Position numbers and translations under genes: made by a program. Shown one piece after another: positions 54,046 to 64,000 of a DNA stretch of 64,000 bases; within the stretch, counting starts at the first letter, position 1, and every line of letters begins with the position of its first letter. The stretch comes from the human T2T-CHM13v2.0 reference genome, Homo sapiens. The stretch is taken from the NCBI RefSeq assembly GCF_009914755.1, contig NC_060927.1; one strand, 5' to 3'. Below the pieces are notes generated by a model that saw only the letters and a program-made list of their open reading frames with translations, did no database searches and was not told the origin of the DNA.

Positions 54046-54677
54046 TTAACTTTGCCACTAGCTGGTTGCTATCAATATGTACCAGTCACTTACCTTCTCA
54101 TCTATAAAAGGAGAGTGGTTTTACTCAGAGGTTTATAATTCACAAAAAGGGTAAGGAATAACAGATTATTCTGAAATATAATGAAAGCTAAGGACTTTGT
54201 TCAAAGGAAGAGGATGCACAAATGTACATGCATATCTACATAGAGTATCTAGCATAATGTTTGCAAAAATTTCATAAGTGTCCTGAAGCCTGGCTATGGG
54301 TTTTGCTCAGAATCCCTTAATCAGAGGGCTCCCCTAGTCCTTGCTATTATAGATCAGGGTATTACGTATATCCTTGACTATATCTTCATATGTTTTAGAC
54401 ACAGAGATTCAAATTTTTAAGCCCATTGTACAAAGAAAATTACCTGCCAATTCATAGCCCTCATGTTTCCTCCTTGGGAATCTGAGTATCAGGATACTGC
54501 TGGGGGTCTTGGTCATCAGCTGTGCTCCTTACACACAAGTTTCCAACCTCTCAATGCTTTGTATGATGAAAAACAGTTCTCTTCTCCCTCACACCCATCC
54601 TTTTTCCATGTGCTCCTTGGAGAATAGGACAAATTCCTCACTCCAGAGGACTAATACCCAAGCCCGGTGGTCTCCTA

Positions 54678-54800
54678 AAGCAATGCTGCTCATACTTAAT
54701 CATCTGAGGACCTTGTTAAAATGCAGATTCTGGCTCAGAAGTTCCCTGGTGGGGCTGAGAGTCTGCATTTTTAACAAGCTCCCAGGGACCACTCCAGTGG
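54678..54800. mobile_element. MER5A
   Basis: CTTGTTAAAATGCAGATTC...TCTGCATTTTTAACAAGCTCCCAGG. Confidence 0.75.
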
Positions 54801-55788
54801 ACACCAACTCTTAGCCCTCACCCCTAGTTCCTCAGCCCCCTCCCCACACTCAGCCTAAGGGCAACTCACACTGTGTCTCTAGAAGTTCTCTAGTAGCCTT
54901 TGAAGAGAGGGTGTTACAGCTCTTTTAAAACACAAACCCACCCCCTCAGCAGCTTTAAAAGAAACAAGTTTGTGTAATGCATTGCTGTGTCACAATAGTG
55001 GAAAAACCCTGGATTTGAGAGTCTGACAAACCTAGGTTTGAACTCCATAATCTAACAATGTGACTTGTGGCAAATTGTGATTTCTGTGAGTTTCATCTGT
55101 AAAATAGTCTTGTTGAGAGACTTAAAAGAGGTAATGCTACTCCAAAGACAACCTTGACTTAGCATCAACCTAACATTTCCTAATGATCCCTCAAGAATAT
55201 TCTAACATAGAGTCCACCAATTCCTCCCGACAAGGTCTAAACTCAGTTATAGCAACAACCGTCTCAAATTCCTCTTTGTGTTCCCCTTAAGATCCTATAT
55301 GCAAAGCCGGAGATATTGTGCAAAACAAGAGCAATCTGAGAAGGCAAGGTTTCTTCTTCACAACTCTGAGACTTCTAGGAATAACACAGAGAACCTGAGC
55401 ATCAGTTTTCTCACATGTAGCGTAACAGAGGTAGAGCAGATATCTACAGGGACTGACACAGCTTGCCTTCCACAACAAAATGCACAGGGGTCTCTAAGTC
55501 TCTGGATACCACTTAGTTTTCCAAAGTAGACAAATAAACACAATTCTAGTTAATATTTAAGGTTGCATCTGATATACTCCAAATGATGGCATTGTTCTCT
55601 CAATTCCTGCATTTCATATTTCTTTCTGTGCCAATTCTTCAAATTATCCTACTGTGAACTGTGTAGTTCTCATCATAGATTAATCAAAACAAAACACTAT
55701 TAATATGTTCTTTGTTATCTGTTGTTAAGGACCTTCCCAAAGTATTTCTACTTATCATCAGAAGACCGTGTACAACATTGTGAGGTCA

Positions 55789-55904
<116 letters not shown>

Positions 55905-56306
55905 TTAGTGCTCAAAGGTATATCTTTGTATCATGATATCATGTATCAATATATCTGTTGATATATTGGTAGTAAAGTTAAGGCAAATCACATTTTAAGG
56001 ACACTAAGAAAGCCTATTAAAGGAAATATGAAATAAATTTGTTACAAAAAAGGAAAATAACCATATGAAGGTCAGCATATCACTTCCCCCTTCCTCTCTG
56101 CAAATAGTCTATAAAGTCAAGATTTTCATGTACCACTTTTGCCCAAACTAGTGTACAATTATATGCTGTATTAAATCAGTAAACTCATACCTGATTTTGT
56201 GTACTGATCAAATCAATACTTTAGTCAACCAACAACTTCAATGCAGTGATTTTTATCCCTCCCATGTCATCAAAATCACCTGAAGATAGATAAATATACA
56301 GATAAA

Positions 56307-56348
56307 GAATGAATGAATGAATGGATGGATGGATGGATGGATGGATGG
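56307..56348 (+). repeat. (GAAT)n(GGAT)n compound microsatellite inside a MER5-like element
   Basis: Seen directly. Confidence 0.9.
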
Positions 56349-56623
56349 AAACATCTGGGTCCCATGTTCCAGAGATGATTTACCTGGGCTTGGGTTGAGT
56401 CCAACCATCATTGTTTTTGTTTTGTTTTGTTTTGTTTTAACTTGGTAGCTGGGCACTTACCACAGCAACATCTTGTTCCGTACTGTTGCCTGCTTCTTGG
56501 GAATACCTTGCTTTTCCTACTCTCTCCCGTAGCTGCCTGTGGTTATCACAGCAAGGATTCTCTGAGCCTCATTCTCCTCATTAGCGAAATGAGGATAATA
56601 TTAGTCCCTCCAATCATTAGCAA

Positions 56624-56934
56624 TTTTTTTTTTTTTGAGATGAGTCTCGCTCTGTCGCCCAGGCTAGAGTGCAGTGGCGCCATCTCCGCTCACTGCAAGC
56701 TCCGCCTTCCTGGTTCACGCCATTCTCCTGCCTCAGCCTCCTCAGAATAGCTGGGATCTCCTGCCTCAGAGTAGCTGGGACTACAGGCGCACGCTGCCAC
56801 GCCCGGCTAAGTTTTTGTATTTTTAGTAGAGACGGGGTTTCACCGTGTTAACCAGGATGGTCTCGATCTCCTGACCTCGTGATCTGCCCGCCTCGGCCTC
56901 CCAAAGTGCTGGGATTACAGGCGTGCGCCCGGCC
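56624..56934 (-). mobile_element. AluY with internal duplication
   Basis: CAAGCTCCGCC and TTCACGCCATTCTCC diagnostics; TSD AATCAT(T/C)AGCA. Confidence 0.95.
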
Positions 56935-57045
56935 TAATCATCAGCATTTTTTAAAAAGCACCCTAGCAGATTCAAATGTATAACCAGATATGAGAATCAC
57001 TACTTAGTCAATGGTTTTTAAATCACTTTAAGAAAGCACAGACTT

Positions 57046-57357
<312 letters not shown>

Positions 57358-57466
57358 GAAAGCACAGACTTAAAACACATTATTGAGATTATAGACTATT
57401 TTTCCCATCTTTACTCTTTTCTATGCTTTCCAAATTTTCTACAGTGAACCTGTGTTGCTATCATCA

Positions 57467-57819
<353 letters not shown>

Positions 57820-58049
57820 AGAAAAACAGCAGCTACAAATTCCCAAGCATAGATGATTCTTCTATATTTTCCTGCTTAATTTATATTCAAATACTGTATT
57901 TCTATCCATGTCCTTCTTTTTTAATGCTCCCCCTTCCCTGCCCTTCAAGATTCAGTATAAAATAGACTATCATCACAGAAAATAACCATTATCAAATTCA
58001 TGAATTCAATAGTTCTGTTGAGAAAATATGTATTGGTCATATTGTAGGT

Positions 58050-58252
58050 GGGTTTTCAACCCACCAAAATCTAATTGGCTGCCCACTAGAATCACATGAA
58101 GAGTTCTAACAATTTCCCCATACCCTGGCCACACCCCAGACCAAAAAATCAGAGCCTCTGAGCTGGGACCCAGGAAATAGTTTGGTTTTATTTTTGTTTT
58201 TGTTTTATCCCCAGGTGATTCCAATGCACAGCCAAGGCTGGGAACCATTGAT
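58050..58252. mobile_element. MER5-family element
   Basis: TAGAATCACATG...CCCCAGGTGATTCCAATGCACAGCCAAGGCTGGGAACCA. Confidence 0.7.
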
Positions 58253-59394
58253 TTAAAGCATTAATTACTTACAAGTCTCCACATCTAGAGATGATAAGCT
58301 TCTACTTAGCTTAAAAACACAATACCGTGAAATTCTCACATTGGCACAATTTTAAAGAATGGTCATTTGTAGAAATGCATTGATGTTCAATTTCAGGTTG
58401 GCAGGGAGTAAAACTACGACACTAAACAATAAATGTGTTCCCTGTTCTTCTTTTAATTGAGCATAAGCCACCATCCTTTACATTTCAATAGGAGAAATTC
58501 TAAAAACACTTATACGTCAGTCACATATGCTGACAAACAGACAAAAACATTTTCACAGATTCTATATTTATCCTACCCAGAGAGGTGTTTACTTCTCAGA
58601 GTGATCTTGCTACCTATAAGTCAGGAATGGACTCTCATAGTGCCTGAGATTCTTAGAGGAAAGGCCTAGGTGCTGACCATTTTTCTTGTTTGTGAAGCTG
58701 AAATAAAAGTGCATCTTCTTAACTTTTAAAGAAGTCCTATGCTGTTTGATTATTCTCCTCATGTACCCCAACCCCAGGCCTCTTTTCTTCCTCTCTTACT
58801 GAGAAAGCTAGTGCTTTTTTTTTTTTTTTTTTAATGCAGGTCTATTCTGTGCTCTCTGCAGTAAGAATTACCCCACAGACAACACTTACTTCTGGACTGG
58901 AGATTTTCAGACACAAGCAGCAGAGAATTTTAATAGTATGCAAACAACTGCAATTAAACAGCTTTACTAATAGTGCTATTTTAAAGAGAGAAACCTTCAG
59001 TTTTAAAGTCAGATAAAATACATATGTATGTATAACCAACATGGAAAGTCTACAATGAACTCAAAAAGCCTTTTGAAATTACTTTAAGAAATTATTTTAA
59101 AGAAATGGTTTTGTCCTTGCCCATTTCAAGGCATTATGCATTTGTAATATACAGTCTTTTCTAAGGCACACTTGGATTCTCATTGGTCTTCTTTTCCTTC
59201 TTCATCTCAGCAAGGATGGTTTATGAGTATTTTTTTTCTGGGTTTCCTAAGGCAAAATTCTGAGTAAAGGCAAGAAGAGAGTTTACAGTCAGAGAACTGA
59301 TGCATTTCACAGCACAAAGATTAAAAATCAAACTCAACAGAGAGTGCAAAAATAGTGAAACCGCTCTTATCTCCCCTATTAAATAAAATATAGA

Positions 59395-60015
59395 AATTCA
59401 TTCAGCAATATTTTATTGAGCACCTACTATATGCAACGCATTGCACTGTGTGCTGCAGATAGAAGTCAGAACAGTCTCTGCTCTCCTGGACCTTGGGTTG
59501 GAGAGACAGAAATGAAAGTAGTAATCACACAATTAATTGTTTTATTACAGTAATGATAACACAATGAAGCAGCAAAATGAAGCAGCAATGCACAGTGACC
59601 GGAGATCATAAAACAGGACCTGACCTGGTCTGAGTAGTCAGAAAAGGCTTCTCCTTTGAGAGGACTTTTACTCTGGGATTGAAAGGATGTGTTCGAAGTT
59701 GGCTAAGTGAAGAAGCAGTGAGTTTTGTGGGCAAGGAATGCAAACGTCAGTGTTTCTGGGGTGCAAAGAGAAGGGAAAGGGTGAGATAAGGTTGGCAAGG
59801 CAGATGGGTACCAGGGCAGGAAGGAATTCTGCTCCACACATCTTGAGTCTGAGGACCTGGAGAGCATCTGTGGAGCCATCAGGTAGGCAGATGGACATCT
59901 GAGTATTCGGCATAGAGGGAAGGTCAAAGCCATGAACACACTTTTGGAGTTAGCATAGACATGGGAACTGAAGCCGTGGGAGTAGGTGAAGCTGCTCCAC
60001 ACTAGGCTAGAGGCT
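59395..60015 (-). mobile_element. L2 fragment
   Basis: ATTCATTCAGCAA...TTTATTGAGCACCTACTAT. Confidence 0.8.
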
Positions 60016-61149
60016 TTAAATTAAAAATCTGAATATTCCTTTGAAACCAACAATTTACTCTTGAAATAACCCCAAACATATTTGCTGAAAGGAATGAGCC
60101 CTAAGAAAATATAAAACATGTCACAGATCTCTATGGGGATGACTTCATCCACGTGGTAAGAAGGGACAAACTGCAGTTTTTCAACTTTCTTTTGATAGAT
60201 AGGAGATTGGAGGGTTTCATGATTACAAACACAATCACTAATTATTACTGGATCCAAGGAAAAAAATCTAGATCTTTTGCATAACTAAATTAAACAATTA
60301 TGTTGCCCTAGAAGAACCCTGAATCTACTCATGGAAAGATTTTTCATCCTCCCATCAATTTCTGTGCATACATTAGAAACAGAGTGGGAAAGACAATTGG
60401 GAAAATGAGAGAGCAGAGGAAAACTAATTGTAATTATGGAAATGCAGCTTCAAGAACAAAGGCTTAAATTTGTAACACAGGTCTAAGGGGAAATAATTCT
60501 CAGAAGTAACCACTTAAAACATGAAAGGTCTGCAAATCTGAAGGAAAAAATGACGGTTTATTATACACATTATTTCTTCTTTCTAATTAATTAGAAAATT
60601 ACCAATTCCAATTGCCAATTAGAAAATTGGTATTCCCAAGCATAAAGGAATAAAACAATCAAGGGCCTTTCTGCCTGGCTGGACTCTCAATGGCCACAGG
60701 TTTATGAGAAAGAGTTGGAGAATCTCATGGAAAAAGCCATCCAAGGCTTTCACTTGGCAGCAATAGGCTTGTTTCAGAAAATTGAAAGCTAAAGCTTCAA
60801 AGAATGAACACTGTCACTTCTCATCCACCTGGGCTTCCCATACATCCAGATCTCCAATTTGCCATTTAAAGAGCACCTTTTCATCCCCTCCATCGTTGCA
60901 GAAGATAAATGACCTTGCATAGAAAGCATGACAGAGAGATCACAGTGGGTTCAGTTACTCAGAAAAATCCCTTCATTGAATTAGATTCCCGATGAGGAAT
61001 AGAGGCTGATACACCTCAACATGGATTTTTATACATACAGATCATTGCTTGGGTCTGATCAATCCAGCTACATAATGCTGCAAAAAGCAAACAGAATAAA
61101 GAACACCAGTAGCTTTAGGGAAATTAAGTCGCCCTAATCTAAAATGTTA

Positions 61150-62090
61150 GTGAACAAGGACCTGCCTAGAGTGACTCTAGGAGTCCAAGGAGAGCTGTCA
61201 GTGGTTGGGGGGCCGGGATTCCATCCATCAAAATCACATTACCTGAGCCGCTGTTAGGCGTATAATATAGTCAATGCCCAGGGTGGCAGAGATGGCACTC
61301 TGAGGAGTGAAACTGGAGGAAACACCCCTCACCCCCAGAAAGAAGCAGGGGAAGAGCTACAAAAGAATGACTGAAGAGATTGCTTAAGTTGGTAACATAG
61401 GGGAGCAGCCCCTACAGTGTGAGAAGAGACTGTCATCAGCAGGTCTGAGAAGAGCAAGGGGCAACTTCACACCCCATTCCATCTTTCAAGTCCTTTCAGT
61501 CTGTAGAGCTCCACATGAAGAAATACGGAGAGAAGAGAAAGGGCAGGAGCCAGACAGTTGCCCCAGTGTCCTCAGGGGCACAGGAAGCTGTGCTCTAGCC
61601 AGAGGAAACTGACAGCAGAGAAGGCATGAGGCTGAAGCAAGATGGCAGGTCCTCTCAGGAGGGTCCTTGGTAACAGAGGGAGCCAGGATAAAACTGAGAA
61701 TCTACAGAAGATGGAAGCAGAGGGAGTCTGGATCACCTCACCGCTGCTGACATACAACAGGGACATGTGAGACAAAAAGCCTTTGCTCTCTCTTCTTTGT
61801 ACCAAAATCTGTGGAACAGGGCCTTGAATTCTCCTTCAAGGGGAAGGAGTATAGCAGAGACAAAGGAACTCCCACCCTCAACCACCAACAGCCAGGCCAG
61901 CGGGTAAGAGGGCTTAATGAATTTGAGATTAAAATTTTAAAATGGACTGGACACTTAATAGCCAAAATTAGCCAGAAAGTAATAGAACCTATCCAAGATG
62001 CTACAATGGGACAAAGTATTTTCTGAAGCATTCACTGAAGCATATATGCTACACTAAGTTGAGAATGCTCAATAAACCAGTTACAAATGG
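61150..62090. mobile_element. Possible ancient LTR relic (Gypsy-like), family uncertain
   Basis: Purine-rich GC-elevated block ending with AATGGACTGGAC and AATAAA...GTTACA; resemblance only. Confidence 0.3.
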
Positions 62091-62935
62091 AATGCTCATC
62101 ATAAAGACCAAAAAAATGAAAGAACTTTAGATTTTAAAATATAAATAAATAGCATTCACTGAGAGGCTTTCATTGAGAATTTTTTGTATCTCCAAGACAT
62201 CAAAGAAGAGTATATGTTCCCAAAAGGTCATAGAACAAGTATATTTCATACCAGCTCACATTAAAGGTTTTTTCCTTTGTGTTCTAAACTAGACATAAAT
62301 ATCCTCTTTTGTAAGGCCTGAATGGATGGCTATGATTTCCCTCAGACAGGGGAAGAAGAAAAGGAGATAAATCAATGTGGTCAGTTAACTCACAGCAAAT
62401 TCTCCAATTAGCCTGTGTTTAAAAGTAGGGTGAGTAGGGGAGGTAGACAATCTCGCATTTCTTAAAATTTTAGTGCTTAGAAACTTAGAGGTCATTTTCC
62501 ATAAATGCCAGCATTTTGCTGATATGGAAAACTTAGTCCCAAAGAGAACAACTCACCCAGAGTAACTCAGCCAGTGGGAACCCCTACAAAGTGTCACACC
62601 TGGGTCAGGCCATGCTTCCCTCTGTCTAAATCTTCACCACCTGCAAGATACACCTGAACATCATAGGCCTGAAAGGATACCTGCCCTGATGCTTTCTGCT
62701 TTGGTGGCCATCAATGGGAGGTAGAGAGCCTTTTGGGTGGGGCCAATAAAAGAAATCTACCTGGCAACGCTGCTTCCAGAATTAGTTCTATTATAATTTA
62801 TAAAACTTAAATGAATGAAATATATTTTCTCCCTTAAGGCCTATCTTCTTTTTTTTTTTTTTTAACTCTTCCTCTCAATTTGTCTTTGAAATTTTTCCCT
62901 GGTCCTCTCTAATAATTTAATGATAATATTTTTAA

Positions 62936-63341
<406 letters not shown>

Positions 63342-63684
63342 TAAAGTTATGGCTGGAAAAGCTAGGCTTTGATTCAGTAAAGAAATGCTACTCTAACATA
63401 AAATCTAGTGATGCCCCACAAACCTAAAGCAGGCAGGCTGCCAAAGTCTAATAAACTGGCTGAAATCAATTGGAACCCTAATTCACTTTTGCATAATTTC
63501 ATTCTCCTTGCATATTTTCCAGTCAGGATCTGGAATTCTTCTCTTTTCTTCCAGTGCAGATGGAACTCCAGTGAGGGAGAGCTTTTCACTCTTCATTTTT
63601 GAATATAATCACATTTGTCCTGAAAGCTTGTGTGTCAGTCCTAGATATTGGTCTCTCCATGGTCAGGAGAAACCTGTGACCATT

Positions 63685-63709
63685 CACACACACACACACA
63701 CACACACAC
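63685..63709 (+). repeat. (CA)12 microsatellite
   Basis: Seen directly. Confidence 0.92.
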
Positions 63710-64000
63710 CACTACCTCTCTCCCCTAAAGGGAAATGCAGCATTTTGCCAGTGCAACACTAACTACAAAGTTTACAGTCCAAAAAGAAATCTTATCTTCT
63801 CTTCAATGCCATCTTGCCAGCCTTTCATTCTCATACCCCCGGCCTGAAGAACACTTCCATCTATCATACACCTATCTTGATGTTTGACTACACAGAGACC
63901 TCACACCTTGCTGCTATAAGGGAACTTTACAATCTGGCAAAATCCTCACCTGAAAGACAGGGAAACTGAGGGCCCCAGAAGTGACATGAGGCTACACAAG

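Overview
Human genomic DNA (a human-specific AluYb8 is present) inside the large 5' introns of PLCH1 (phospholipase C eta 1, minus strand). The only protein-coding sequence I can support is a 43-nt first coding segment (39900-39858, MADLEVYKNLSPEK+G), with a candidate alternative promoter/5'UTR at about 39.9-41 kb. The rest is intronic: about 20 Alu-family elements, L1, L2, MIR, LTR and MER relics, microsatellites and a full-length RPL6 processed pseudogene. The supplied ORFs are repeat-derived, pseudogene-derived or chance. I found no convincing new gene system. The best unexplained signals are records of unusual DNA repair and retrotransposition: (1) a 165-bp perfectly identical templated insertion joining two truncated LTRs; (2) an old L1 that appears spliced in its 5'UTR and inserted without a poly(A) tail; (3) a tailless 5'-half tRNA-Glu retrocopy ending at the anticodon; (4) competing splice sites and uORFs around the PLCH1 exon. 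Repeat family names and comparisons with consensus sequences are from memory, and boundaries of old repeats are approximate.
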